Shown here: piece by piece, positions 33,801 through 49,075 of the stretch
How positions within the stretch are numbered: the first letter of the stretch is position 1
Layout: every line of letters starts with the position of its first letter
NCBI GenBank assembly: GCA_040954595.2
Contig: CM082590.2
Span: forward strand, 1,798,001-1,862,000
Direction of reading: 5' to 3'
From: Balanoglossus misakiensis
Lineage: Eukaryota; Animalia; Hemichordata
Length of the DNA stretch: 64,000 nt
Program-made: the position numbers and the translations under genes
Notes under the pieces: model-generated
Databases searched by the model: none
The model's input: the letters and a program-made list of their open reading frames with translations, nothing else
What the model was told of the DNA's origin: nothing

Positions 33801-36800
33801 TTGGATATGTCTCTTGTTAAAAAGCACAACAGTCTTGATTTTGTTCACATGAGTTTTATCGCTGCCAGGACATAACCCAAATATATTGATAATTTTGGCC
33901 ATGACCCTTCATCTACTTGGATATGTCTCTTGTTAAAATGCACAACAGTCTTGATTTTGTTCACATGAGTTTTATTGCTGCCAGGACATAACCCAAATAT
34001 TTTGATAATTTTGGCAATGACCCTTGATCTACTTGGATATGTCTATTGTTAAAAAGCACAACAGTCATGATTTTGTTCATATGAGTTTTATTGCTGCCAG
34101 GACATAACCCAAATATTTTGATAATTTTGGCAATGACCCTTGATCTACTTGGATATGTCTCTTGTTAAAAAGCACAACAGTCAGGATTTTGTTCACATGA
34201 GTTTTATCGCTGCCAGGACATAAACCAAATATATTGATAATTTTGGCAATGACCCTTGATCTACTTGGATATGTCTCTTGTTAAAATGCACAACAGTCTT
34301 GATTTTGTTCACATGAGTTTTATCACTGCCAGGAAATAACCCAAATATTTTGATAATTTTGGCAATGACTCTTGATCTACTTGGATATATCTCTTGTTAA
34401 AAAGCACAACAGTCTTAATTTTGTTCACATGAATTTTATCGATGCCAGGACATAACCCAAATATTTTGTTAATTTTGGCAATGACCCTTCATCTACTTCG
34501 ATATGTCTCATGTTAAAAAGCACAACAGTCCTGATTGTGTTCACACGAGTTTTATTGCTGCCAGGACATAACCCAAATATTTTTATAATTTTGGCAATGA
34601 CCCTTGATCTTCTTGGATATGTCTCTTGTTAAAAAGCACAACAGTCATGATTTTGTTCACATGAGTTTTATTGCTGCCAGGACATAACCAAAATATTTTG
34701 ATAATTTTGGCAATGACTCTTGATGTACTTTGATATGTATCTTGTTAAAAAGCACAACAGTCTTGATTTTGTTAACATGTGTTTTATCGCTGCCAGGACA
34801 TAACCAATATATTTTTATAGTTTTGGCAATGACTCTTGATCTACTTGGATATCTCTCTTGTTAAAAAGCACAACAGTCTTGATTTTGTTCACATGAGTTT
34901 TATCGATGCCAGGACATAACCCAAATATATTGATAATTTTGGCCATGACCCTTCATCTACTTGGATATGTCTCTTGTTAAAATGCACAACAGTCTTGATT
35001 TTGTTCACATGAGTTTTATTGCTGCCAGGACATAACCAAAATATTTTGATAATTTTGGCAATGACTCTTGATGTACTTTGATATGTCTATTGTTAAAAAG
35101 CACAACAGTCATGATTTTGTTCATATGAGTTTTATTGCTGCCAGGACATAACCAAAATATTTTGATAATTTTGGCAATGACCCTTGATCTACTTGGATAT
35201 GTCTCTTGTTAAAATGCACAACAGTCTTGATTTTGTTCACATGAGTTTTATTGCTGCCAGGACATAACCAAAATATTTTGATAATTTTGGCAATGACCCT
35301 TGATCTACTTGGATATGTCTATTGTTAAAAAGCACAACAGTCATGATTGTGTTCACACGAGTTTTATTGCTGCCAGGACATAACCCAAATATTTTTATAA
35401 TTTTGGCAATGACCCTTGATCTTCTTGGATATGTCTCTTGTTAAAAAGCACAACAGTCATGATTTTGTTCACATGAGTTTTATTGCTGCCAGGACATAAC
35501 CAAAATATTTTGATAATTTTGGCAATGACTCTTGATGTACTTTGATATGTATCTTTTTAAAAAGCACAACAGTCTTGATTTTGTTAACATGTGTTTTATC
35601 GCTGCCAGGACATAACCAATATATTTTTATAGTTTTGGCAATGACTCTTGATCTACTTGGATATGTCTCTTGTTAAAATGCACAACAGTCTTGATTTTGT
35701 TCACATGAGTTTTATCACTGCCAGGAAATAACCCAAATATTTTGATAATTTTGGCAATGACTCTTGATCTACTTGGATATATCTCTTGTTAAAAAGCACA
35801 ACAGTCTTAATTTTGTTCACATGAATTTTATCGATGCCAGGACATAACCCAAATATTTTGTTAATTTTGGCAATGACCCTTCATCTACTTCGATATGTCT
35901 CATGTTAAAAAGCACAACAGTCCTGATTGTGTTCACACGAGTTTTATTGCTGCCAGGACATAACCCAAATATTTTTATAATTTTGGCAATGACCCTTGAT
36001 CTTCTTGGATATGTCTCTTGTTAAAAAGCACAACAGTCATGATTTTGTTCACATGAGTTTTATTGCTGCCAGGACATAACCAAAATATTTTGATAATTTT
36101 GGCAATGACTCTTGATGTACTTTGATATGTATCTTGTTAAAAAGCACAACAGTCTTGATTTTGTTAACATGTGTTTTATCGCTGCCAGGACATAACCAAT
36201 ATATTTTTATAGTTTTGGCAATGACTCTTGATCTACTTGGATATCTCTCTTGTTAAAAAGCACAACAGTCTTGATTTTGTTCACATGAGTTTTATCGATG
36301 CCAGGACATAACCCAAATATATTGATAATTTTGGCCATGACCCTTCATCTACTTGGATATGTCTCTTGTTAAAATGCACAACAGTCTTGATTTTGTTCAC
36401 ATGAGTTTTATTGCTGCCAGGACATAACCAAAATATTTTGATAATTTTGGCAATGACTCTTGATGTACTTTGATATGTCTATTGTTAAAAAGCACAACAG
36501 TCATGATTTTGTTCATATGAGTTTTATTGCTGCCAGGACATAACCAAAATATTTTGATAATTTTGGCAATGACCCTTGATCTACTTGGATATGTCTCTTG
36601 TTAAAATGCACAACAGTCTTGATTTTGTTCACATGAGTTTTATTGCTGCCAGGACATAACCAAAATATTTTGATAATTTTGGCAATGACCCTTGATCTAC
36701 TTGGATATGTCTATTGTTAAAAAGCACAACAGTCATGATTTTGTTCATATGAGTTTTATTGCTGCCAGGACATAACCCAAATATTTTGATAATTTTGGCA

Positions 36801-37544
36801 ATGACCCTTGATCTACTTGGATATGTCTCTTGTTAAAAAGCACAACAGTCAGGATTTTGTTCACATGAGTTTTATTGCTTCCAGGACATAACCAAAATAT
36901 TTTGATAATTTTGGCAATGACTCTTGATCTACATTGATATGTCTCTTGTTAAAAAGCACAACAGTCAGGATTTTGTTCACATGAGTACTATTGCTGGCAG
37001 GACATAACCAAAATATTTTGATAATTTTGGCAATGACCCTTGATCTACTTGGATATGTCTCTTGTTAAAAAGCACAACAGTCATTAGTGTTCACAAGAGT
37101 TTTATCGCTGCCAGGACATAACCCAAATATTTTTATAATTTTGGCAATGACCCTTGATCTTCTTGGATATGTCTCTTGTTAAAAAGCACAACAGTCAGGA
37201 TTTTGTCCACATGAGTTTTACTGCTGCCAGGACATAACCCAAATATTTTGATAATTTTGGCAATAACTCTTGATCTACTTGGATATATCTCTTGTTAAAA
37301 AGCACAACAGTCATGATTTGTTCACAAAAGTACTACTGCTGCCAGGGCATAACCCAAATATTTTGATAATTTTGGCAATGACCCTTGATCTACTTGGATA
37401 TGTCTCTTGTTAAAATGCACAACATACATGATTTTGTTCACATGAATTCTATTGCTGTCAGGACATAACCCAAATATTTTGATAATTTAGGCAATGACCC
37501 TTGATCTACTTGGATATGTCTCTTGTTAAATGCACAACAGACAT
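30895..37544. repeat. 116-bp satellite, left sub-array (~57 monomers)
   Basis: ttggatatgtctcttgttaaaaagcacaacagtc...gctgccaggacataacccaaatattttgataattttggcaatgacccttgatctac starts at 30901, 31017, 31133 and onward. Confidence 0.97.
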
Positions 37545-39882
37545 AATAATAATAATAATAATGGTTTATTCTCATAATCAAATCAAACAAACATAATGCA
37601 AGTGAAAATAACTGAAAATAAATAACTCTTTTGTTTACAATGAGAAAAGGACTGAAAAATAGTTGCCATAGGCACTAATCAAGTTCAGTCCCAAGTCAAG
37701 TGATGAGGTTTTACAGTTTGTAAAAAATGGCGACTATTCCGACAGAAATTTCAAAAGGTTATAATACCAGGCACAAGGCATAAGGAAAGAAAAAGAAAAT
37801 ACATTAAGGGACAACAAAACTACATCTCCAATAAATAATTTTTAAGCTCTATTTTGAAACGATTTCTGGAAGTGATTTGTTTGAGATCCTCAGGAATACT
37901 GTTCCATACCTCAGGAACAACAAATTTGATAGAAGTTTGGCCCAAATTGCTTCGGAATTTAGGGGGGGGTGAAGAATATTTTTTTCTTTGGACCGAGTAC
38001 TGTAGGTATGATCAATTTGCGAAAAATATGTTTTGAAATTCATGGGAAGTTTATCATGTAGAACATCGTAAACAAAGATGGCAACCTGAAGCTTATATTG
38101 TTTGTAAACATCTAGAACTCTAAGTTTCTTAAATAAAGGGGAAGTATGGGCGTAATACTGCTCCCCGATATGATGCGCACAATTCTTTTTTGAATGACAA
38201 AAATATCTAATAAATATGACTTGTAAGTAGATCCCCAAACCTCTAAACCAAAAGAGATGTGAGGTAAAACAAAAGCATTGTACAACATTAAAAGTACTGT
38301 TTGAGAAACCATACACCTCAGTTTATAAAAAATTCCAGTTAGTTTACAAATTTATTTTTCAATTCCATGATATGTTCTTTCCAATGCAACTGGTTGTCCA
38401 TTTTGATTCCAACAAATGATGTACAATCTACTTCTTTTAATACAGTATCTTTTAAATAAAGTAAACCTTCAATTTCACAAGACCTTCGTTTGCTACCTAT
38501 TATCATATAGACTGTTTTAGCAGCATTTATAGTTAGTTTGTAACAGTCACACCAATTTGTCACCTTCTGGAATTCTAAATTAACTTCGTTAATAGAAAAC
38601 GTATTTAAATTCTTGTGAATGGAGTGAAACAGGTTAGAGTCATCTGCATACAGTCTAAAATTAAAAAAAATCAGTACAACTTGGTAAGTCATTGATGTAT
38701 ATTAAAAATAATGTGGGGCCAAGTATTGAGCCATGCGGCACACCACACTTAATCTCATGTTTCTGTGATTCATTGTTGTCAATTGTGACATACTGGCTTC
38801 TTGAGTTCAAATAGCTTTTAAACCATAACAAAGGCAACCCCCTAACACCATAGTATACCAATTTAGAAAACAAAATGGCATGGTTAACCGTATCAAAATC
38901 TTTAGAAAAATCTATGAATAAGCCAAGAGATGAGTTACCATTATCAATGTCATCAAGCAAACATTGAGTGAGACTTAGTAAGGAAATTTTACAACTGTGT
39001 TTCTTCCTAAATCCATATTGGTGTTCATACAAAATGTTAAAATTATCTAGAAAATTTACAATACGTGAATTTACAACTTTTTCTAAAATTTTACTCAGTA
39101 CTGGCAATATGGAAATTGGTCTGTAATTACCAATATCATTAACATTTCCCTTTTTGTATAAAGGCAGTACACGTGCAACCTTCATGGGGTTAGGAAATTG
39201 ACCAGTGGTGAAAGAAAGGTTAAAAATATAACAAAGTGGAATGCAGATGTATGTATTAGCTGCTATTACAAGTCGACACGGAATATTGTCCCAACCGGTT
39301 GCCTTGCGAATGTCCAGGCTAAAAATTAAATTCTCAATTTCCTTTAAAGTTACTGGCTGAAGAAAAAAGGAACTACAAGTACTGTTTTGCAAAAAAGTAT
39401 TAAAAGTAACATTGCTTTGAGGAGAAATTTGATTGGCTAGATTTTCACCTATGTTAACAAAGTAAGTGTTGAGATCTTCTACAATGTCATTGATGTCTGA
39501 ATGAACCTCTTTAGTACCCATACAATCCACTTCCAAATGGTCTGGAAGTATCATTTTTCTATGTTTAGCTTTGCCAATTAAACCATTAATAACTTCCCAA
39601 GTTTCTTTTAATTTTCCATTATTTTCGGAGAATAAATGTGTATAGTACTGTTTTTTAGCCTTTCTCAAAACGCCTGTCAGGATATTCCTATATCTCTTAT
39701 AATAGCTTAAAGCTGTTTCATTAAAAGAGAATTTTTGCAAATTTCCAAAAAGATTATGTTTTTTCCTAATTGACTTTTTAATTGCACTTGTGATCCAGGG
39801 TTTGTCCTGTTTTTTTCTCATGCTGATTTGTTTACGTACTAAAGGAGCATGTTTGTTGCAAACAGTAAGAAAAGTACTAATA
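37545..39882 (-). mobile_element. 5'-truncated CR1/L2-group LINE with frameshifted RT, inserted in the satellite
   Basis: RT fragments KPWIT, NYRPISILP, FIDFSKDFDTVNH, GVPHGSILGP, LYADDS and FGLEVWG lie in different frames. The 3' end is aataaa plus a (TTA)n tail at 37545-37570. It interrupts a monomer at acaacagacat|gattttg. Confidence 0.93.
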
Positions 39883-42800
39883 ATGATTTTGTTCACATGA
39901 ATTATATTGCTGTCAGGACATAACCCAAATATTTTGATAATTTTGGCAATGACCCTTGATCTACTTGGATATGTCTCTTGTTAAAAGCACAACAGTCATG
40001 ATTTTGTTCACATGAGTTTTATTGCTTCCAGGACATAACCCAAATAGTTTGATAATTTTGGCAATGACCCTTGATCTACTTGGATATGTCGCTAGTTAAA
40101 AAGCACAACAGTCATGATTTTGTTGACATGAGTTTTATTGCTGCCAGGACATAACCCAAATAATTTGATAATTTTGGCAATGACTCTTGATCTACTTGGA
40201 TATGTCTCTTGTTAAAAAGCACATCATTCATGATTTTGTTCACATGAGTACTACTGCTGCCGGGACATAACCCAAATATTTTGATAATTTTGGCAATGAC
40301 TCTTGATCTACTTGGATATGTCTCTTGTTAACAATCACAACAGTCTTGATTTTGTTCACATGAGTTTTATCGCTGCCAGGACATAACCCAAATATTTTCA
40401 TCATTTTGGCAATGACCCTTGATCTACTTGGATATGTCTCTTGTTAGAATGCACAACAGTCATGATTTTGTTCACATGAGTTTAATTGCTGCCAGGACAT
40501 TACCCAAATATTTTGATAACTTTGGCAATCACCCTTGATCTACTTGGATATGTCTCTTGTTAAAAGGCACAACAGTCATGATTTTGTTCACATGAGTTTT
40601 ATTGCTGCCAGGCCATAACCCAAATATTTTGAAATTTTTGGCACTGACTCTTGATCTACATGGATATGTCTCTTGTTAAAAAGCACAACAGTCATGATTT
40701 TGTTCACATGAGTTTTATTGCTGCCAGGACATAACCCAAATATTTTGATAATTTTGGCAATGACCCTTGATCTACTTGGATATGTCTCTTGTTAGAATGC
40801 ACAACAGTCATGATTTTGTTCACATGAGTTTAATTGCTGCCAGGACATTACCCAAATATTTTGATAACTTTGGCAATCACCCTTGATCTACTTGGATATG
40901 TCTCTTGTTAAAAGGCACAACAGTCATGATTTGTTCACATGAGTTTTATTGCTGCCAGGCCATAACCCAAATATTTTGAAATTTTTGGCACTGACTCTTG
41001 ATCTACTTGGATATGTCTCTTGTTAAAAAGCACAACAGTCATGATTTTGTTCACATGAGTTTTATTGCTGCCAGGACATAACCCAAATATTTTGATAATT
41101 TTGGCAATGACCCTTGATCTACTTGGATATGTCTCTTGTTAAAAAGCACATCAGTCATGATTTTGTTAACATGAGTTTTATTGCTGCCAGGACTTAACCC
41201 AAATATTTTGATAATTTTGGCAATGACTCTTGATCTACTTGGATATATCTCTTGTTAAAAAGCACAACAGTCATGATTGTGTTCACATGAATTCTATTGC
41301 TGTCAGGACATAACCCAAATATTTTGATAATTTTGGCAATGACTCTTGATCTACTTGGATATGTCTCTTGTTAAAAAGCACAACAGTCATGCTTGTGTTC
41401 ACACGAGTTTTATTGCTGCCAGGACATAACCCAAATATTTTGATAATTTTGGCAATGACCCTTGATCTACTTGGATATGTCTCTTGTTAAAAAGCACATC
41501 AGTCATGATTTTGTTAACATGAGTTTTATTGCTGCCAGGACATATACCAAATATTTAGATAATTTTGGCAATGACCCTTGATCTACTTCGATATGTCTCT
41601 TGATAAAAAGCACAACAGTCATGATTGTGTTCGCACGAGTTTTATTGCTGCCAGGACATAACCCAAATATTTTGATAATTATGGCAATGATCCTTGAACT
41701 ACTTGGATATGTCTCTTGATAAAAAGCCCAACAGTCATTATTTTGTTCACATGAGTTTTATTGCTGCCAGGACATAACCCAAAAATTTTGATAATTATGG
41801 CAATGACCCTTGAACTACTTTGATATGTCTCTTGATAAAAAGCCCAACAGTCATTATTTTGTTCACATGAGTTTTATTGCTCCCATGACATAACCCAAAT
41901 ATTTTGATAATTTTGGCAATGACCCTTGAACTACTTGGATATGTCTCTTTTTAAAAAGCACAACAGTCATGATTTTGTTTGCGTGACTACTATTGCTGCC
42001 AGGACATAACTCAAATATTTTGATAATTTTGGCCATGACCCTTGAACTACTTGGATATGTCTCTTGTTAAAAAGCACAACAGTCATTATTTTGTTCACAT
42101 GAGTTTTATTGCTGCCAGGACATAACCCAAATATTTTGATAATTTTGGCCATGACCCTTGAACTACTTGGATATGTCTCTTGTTAAAAAGCACAACAGTC
42201 ATGATTTTGTTTACGTGACTACTATTGCTGCCAGGACATAACTCAAATATTTTGATAATTTTGGCAATGACTCTTGATCTTCTTGGATATGTCTCTTGTT
42301 AAAAAGCACATCAGTCATGATTTTGTTAACATGAGTTTTATTGCTGCCAGGACATATACCAAATATTTTGATAATTTTGGCAATGACCCTTGATCTACTT
42401 GGATATGTCTCTTGTTAAAAAGCACAACAGTCATGATTTTGTTTGCGTGACTACTATTGCTGCCAGGACATAACTCAAATATTTTGATAATATTGGAAAT
42501 GACCCTTGATCTACTTGTATATGTCTCTTGTTAAAAAGCAAATCAGTCATGATTTTGTTAACATGAGTTTTATTGCTGCCAGGACATATACCAAATATTT
42601 TGATAATTTTGACTGACCCGTGATCTACTTGGATATGTCTCTTGATAAAAAGCACAACAGTCATTATTTTGTTCAAATGAGTTTTATTGCTGCCAGGACA
42701 TAACCCAAATATTTTGATAATTATGGCAAGGACCCTTGAACTACTTGGATATGTCTCTTGATAAAAAGCCCAACAGTCATTATTTTGTTCACATGAGTTT

Positions 42801-45800
42801 TATTGCTCCCATGACATAACCCAAATATTTTGATAATTTTGGCAATGACCCTTGAACTACTTGGATATGTCTCTTTTTAAAAAGCACAACAGTCATTATT
42901 TTGTTCACATGAGTTTTATTGCTGCCAGGACATAACCCAAATATTTTGATAATTTTGGCCATGACCCTTGATCTACTTGGATATGTCTCTTGTTAAAAAG
43001 CACAACAGTCATGATTTTGTTTACGTGACTACTATTGCTGCCAGGACTTAACCCAAATATTTTGATAATTATGGCAATGGCCCTTGATCTACTTGGATAT
43101 GTCTCTTGATAAAAAGCACAACAGTCATGATTGTGTTCACATGAGTTTTATTGCTGCCAGGACATAACCCAAATATTTTGATAATTATGGCAATGACCCT
43201 TGAACTACTTTGATATGTCTCTTGTTAAAAAGCACAACAGTCATGATTTTGTTTACGTGACTACTATTGCTGCCAGGACATAACTCAAATATTTTGATAA
43301 TTTTGGCAATGACTCTTGATCTTCTTGGATATGTCTCTTGTTAAAAAGCACATCAGTCATGATTTTGTTAACATGAGTTTTATTGCTGCCAGGACATATA
43401 CCAAATATTTTGATAATTTTGGCAATGACCCTTGATCTACTTGGATATGTCTCTTGTTAAAAAGCACAACAGTCATTATTTTGTTCACATGAGTTTTATT
43501 GCTGCCAGGACATAACCCAAATATTTTGATAATTTTGGCCATGACCCTTGAACTACTTGGATATGTCTCTTGTTAAAAAGCACAACAGTCATGATTTTGT
43601 TTGCGTGACTACTATTGCTGCCAGGACATAACTCAAATATTTTGATAATATTGGAAATGACCCTTGATCTACTTGTATATGTCTCTTGTTAAAAAGCAAA
43701 TCAGTCATGATTTTGTTAACATGAGTTTTATTGCTGCCAGGACATATACCAAATATTTTGATAATTTTGACTGACCCGTGATCTACTTGGATATGTCTCT
43801 TGATAAAAAGCACAACAGTCATTATTTTGTTCAAATGAGTTTTATTGCTGCCAGGACATAACCCAAATATTTTGATAATTATGGCAAGGACCCTTGAACT
43901 ACTTGGATATGTCTCTTGATAAAAAGCCCAACAGTCATTATTTTGTTCACATGAGTTTTATTGCTCCCATGACATAACCCAAATATTTTGATAATTTTGG
44001 CAATGACCCTTGAACTACTTGGATATGTCTCTTTTTAAAAAGCACAACAGTCATTATTTTGTTCACATGAGTTTTATTGCTGCCAGGACATAACCCAAAT
44101 ATTTTGATAATTTTGACTGACCCGTGATCTACTTGGATATGTCTCTTGATAAAAAGCACAACAGTCATTATTTTGTTCAAATGAGTTTTATTGCTGCCAG
44201 GACATAACCCAAATATTTTGATAATTATGGCAAGGACCCTTGAACTACTTGGATATGTCTCTTGATAAAAAGCCCAACAGTCATTATTTTGTTCACATGA
44301 GTTTTATTGCTCCCATGACATAACCCAAATATTTTGATAATTTTGGCAATGACCCTTGAACTACTTGGATATGTCTCTTTTTAAAAAGCACAACAGTCAT
44401 TATTTTGTTCACATGAGTTTTATTGCTGCCAGGACATAACCCAAATATTTTGATAATTTTGGCCATGACCCTTGATCTACTTGGATATGTCTCTTGTTAA
44501 AAAGCACAACAGTCATGATTTTGTTTACGTGACTACTATTGCTGCCAGGACTTAACCCAAATATTTTGATAATTATGGCAATGGCCCTTGATCTACTTGG
44601 ATATGTCTCTTGATAAAAAGCACAACAGTCATGATTGTGTTCACATGAGTTTTATTGCTGCCAGGACATAACCCAAATATTTTGATAATTTTGGTAATGA
44701 CCCTTGATCTTCTTGGATATGTCTCTTGTTAAAAAGCACAACAGTCATGATTGTGTTCACACAAGTTTTATTGCTGCCAGGACATAACCCAAATATTTTG
44801 ATAATTTTGGCAATGACCCTTGATCTACTTGGATATGTCTCTTGTTAAAAAGCACAACAGTCATGATTTTGTTTGCGTGACTACTATTGCTGCCAGGACA
44901 TAACTCAAATATTTTGATAATATTGGAAATGACCCTTGATCTACTTGTATATGTCTCTTGTTAAAAAGCAAATCAGTCATGATTTTGTTAACATGAGTTT
45001 TATTGCTGCCAGGACATATACCAAATATTTTGATAATTTTGACTGACCCGTGATCTACTTGGATATGTCTCTTGATAAAAAGCACAACAGTCATTATTTT
45101 GTTCAAATGAGTTTTATTGCTGCCAGGACATAACCCAAATATTTTGATAATTATGGCAAGGACCCTTGAACTACTTGGATTTGTCTCTTGATAAAAAGCC
45201 CAACAGTCATTATTTTGTTCACATGAGTTTTATTGCTCCCATGACATAACCCAAATATTTTGATAATTTTGGCAATGACCCTTGATCTACTTGGATATGT
45301 CTCTTGATAAAAAGCACAACAGTCATGATTGTGTTCACACAAGTTTTATTGCTGCCAGGACATAACCCAAATATTTTGATAATTTTGTCAATGACCCTTG
45401 ATCTACTTGGATATGTCTCTTGATAAAAAGCCCAACAGTCATTATTTTGTTCACATGAGTTTTATTGCTCCCATGACATAACCCAAATATTTTGATAATT
45501 TTGGCCATGACCCTTGATCTACTTGGATATGTCTCTTGTTAAAAAGCACAACAGTCATGATTTTGTTTACGTGACTACTATTGCTGCCAGGACATAACTC
45601 AAATATTTTTATAATTTTGGCCATGACCCTTGATCTACTTGGATATGTCTCTTGTTAAAAAGCACAACAGTCATGATTTTGTTTACGTGACTACTATTGC
45701 TGCCAGGACTTAACCCAAATATTTTGATAATTATGGCAATGGCCCTTGATCTACTTGGATATGTCTCTTGATAAAAAGCACAACAGTCATGATTGTGTTC

Positions 45801-48800
45801 ACATGAGTTTTATTGCTGCCAGGACATAACCCAAATATTTTGATAATTTTGGTAATGACCCTTGATCTTCTTGGATATGTCTCTTGTTAAAAAGCACAAC
45901 AGTCATGATTGTGTTCACAAAAGTTTTATTGCTGCCAGGACATAACCCAAATATTTTGATAATTTTGTCAATGACCCTTGATCTACTTGGATATGTCTCT
46001 TGTTAAAAAGCAAATCAGTCATGATTTTGTTAACATGAGTTTTATTGCTGCCAGGACATATACCAAATATTTTGATAATTTTGGCAATGACTCTTGATCT
46101 ACTTGGATATGTCTCTTGTTAAAAAGCACAACAGTCATGATTTTGTTAACATGAGTTTTATTGCTGCCAGGACATATACCAAATATTTTGATAATTTTGG
46201 CAATGACCCTTGATCTACTTGGATATGTCTCTTGTTAAAAAGCAAAACAGTCATGATTTTGTTTGCGTGACTACTATTGCTGCCAGGACATAACCCAATT
46301 ATTTTGATAATTTTGGCAGTGACCCTTGATCTACTTGGATATGTCTCTTGTTAAAAAGCACAACAGTCATGATTGTGTTCAGACGAATTTTATTGCTGCC
46401 AGGACATAACCCAAATATTTTTATAATTTTGGCCATGACCCTTGATCTACTTGGATATGTCTCTTGTTAAAAAGCACAACAGTCATGATTTTGTTTACGT
46501 GACTACTATTGCTGCCAGGACATAACCCAAATATTTTGATAATTTTGGCAATGACCCTTGATCTACTTGGATATGTCTCTTGTTAAAAAGCACAACAGTC
46601 ATGATTGTGTTCACACGAGTTTTATTGCTGCCAGGACATAACCCAAATATTTTTATAATTTTGGCCATGACCCTTGATCTACTTGGATATGTCTCTTGTT
46701 AAAAAGCACAACAGTCATGATTTTGTTTACGTGACTACTATTGCTGCCAGGACTTAACCCAAATATTTTTATAATTTTGGCAACAGTCATTATTTTGTTC
46801 ACATGAGTTTTATTGCTGCCAGGACATAACCCAAATATTTTGATAATTTTGGCAGTGACCCTTGATCTACTTGGATATGTCTCTTGTTAAAAAGCACAAC
46901 AGTCATGATTGTGTTCAGACGAATTTTATTGCTGCCAGGACATAACCCAAATATTTTTATAATTTTGGCCATGACCCTTGATCTACTTGGATATGTCTCT
47001 TGTTAAAAAGCACAACAGTCATGATTTTGTTTACGTGACTACTATTGCTGCCAGGACATAACCCAAATATTTTTATAATTTTGGCCATGACCCTTGATCT
47101 ACTTGGATATGTCTCTTGTTAAAAAGCACAACAGTCGTGATTTTGTTTACGTGACTACTATTGCTGCCAGGACTTAACCCAAATATTTTGATAATTTTGG
47201 CAATGACCCTTGATCTACTTGGATATGTCTCTTGATAAAAAGCACAACAGTCATGATTGTGTTCACACGAGTTTTATTGCTGTCAGGACATAACCCAAAT
47301 ATTTTTATAATTTTGGCCATGACCCTTGATCTACTTGGATATGTCTCTTGTTAAAAAGCACAACAGTCATGATTTTGTTTACGTGACTACTATTGCTGCC
47401 AGGACTTAACCCAAATATTTTGATAATTTTGGCAATGACCCTTGATCTACTTGGATATGTCTCTTGATAAAAAGCACAACAGTCATGATTGTGTTCACAC
47501 AAGTTTTATTGCTGTCAGGACATAACCCAAATATTTTTATAATTTTGGCCATGACCCTTGATCTACTTGGATATGTCTCTTGTTAAAAAGCACAACAGTC
47601 ATGATTTTGTTTACGTGACTACTATTGCTACCAGGACTTAACCCAAATATTTTGATAATTTTGGCAATGACCCATGATCTACTTGGATATGTCTCTTGAT
47701 AAAAAGCACAACAGTCATTATTTTGTTCACATGAGTTTTATTGCTGCCAGGACATAACACAAATATTTTGATAATTTTGGCAATGACACTTGATCTACTT
47801 GGATATGTCTCTTGTTAAAAAGCACCACAGTCATTATTGTGTTCACATGAGTTTTATTGCTGCCAGGACATAACCAAAATATTTTGATAATTTTGGCAAT
47901 GACCCTTGATCTACTTCGATATGTCTCTTGTTAAAAAGCACAACAGTCATGATTGTGTTCAAAAGAGTTTTATTGCTGCCAGGACTTACCCAAATATTTT
48001 GATAATTTTGGCAATGACTCTTGATCTACTTGGATATGTCTCTTGTTAAAAAGCACAACAGTCATTATTTTGTTCACATGAGTTTTATTGCTGCCATGAC
48101 ATAACCCAAATATTTTGATAATTTTGGCAATGACCCTTGAACTACTTGGATATGTCTCTTGTTAAAAAGCACAACAGTCATGATTGTGTTCAAATGAGTT
48201 TTATTGCTGCCAGGACTTAACCCAAATATTTTGATAATTTTGGCAATGACTCTTGATCTACTTGGATATGTCTCTTGTTAAAAAGCACAACAGTCATGAT
48301 TGTGTTCACATGAATTCTATTGCTGTCAGGACATAACCCAACTATTTTAATAATTTTGGCAATGACCCTTGATCTACTTTGATATGTCTCTTGTTAAAAA
48401 GCACAACAGTCATAATTGTGTTCACATGAGTTTTATTGCTGCCAGGACATATACTAAATATTTTGATAATTTTGGCAATGACTCTTGATCTACTTGGATA
48501 TGTCTCTTGTTAAAAAGCACAACAGTCATGATTTTGTTTACGTGACTACTATTGGTGCCAGGACATAACCCAAATATTTTGATAATTTTGGCAATGACCC
48601 TTGATCTACTTGGATATGTCTCTTGTTAAAAATCACAACAGTCATAATTGTGTTCACACGAGTTTTATTGCTGCCAGGACATATACTAAATATTTTGATA
48701 ATTTTGGCAATGACTCTTGATCTACTTGGATATGTCTCTTGTTAAAAAGCACAACAGTCATTATTTTGTTCACATGAGTTTTATTGCTGCCAGGACATAT

Positions 48801-49075
48801 ACCAAATATTTTAATAATTTTTGCAATGACCCTTGATCTACTTTGATATGTCTCTTGTTAAAAAGCACAACAGTCATAATTGTGTTCACATGCGTTTTAT
48901 TGCTGCCAGGACATAACCCAAATATTTTGATAATTTTGGCAATGACCCTTGATCTACTTGGATATGTCTCTTGTTAAAAAGCACAACAGTCATGATTTTG
49001 TACACATTAGTTTTATTGCTGCCAGGACATAACCCAAATATGTTTATAATTTTGGCAATGACCCTTGATCTACAT
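39883..49075. repeat. 116-bp satellite, right sub-array (~79 monomers)
   Basis: Same monomer, with its own variants such as gtttacgtgactactattg, aaaaagcccaacag and gactgacccgtg. Confidence 0.97.

Noticed and set aside
30895-49075. CRISPR-like array
   Set aside because: Whole monomers repeat with no unique spacers, there are no cas genes and the context is eukaryotic. The same applies to 1-221, 24465-24570 and 54200-64000.
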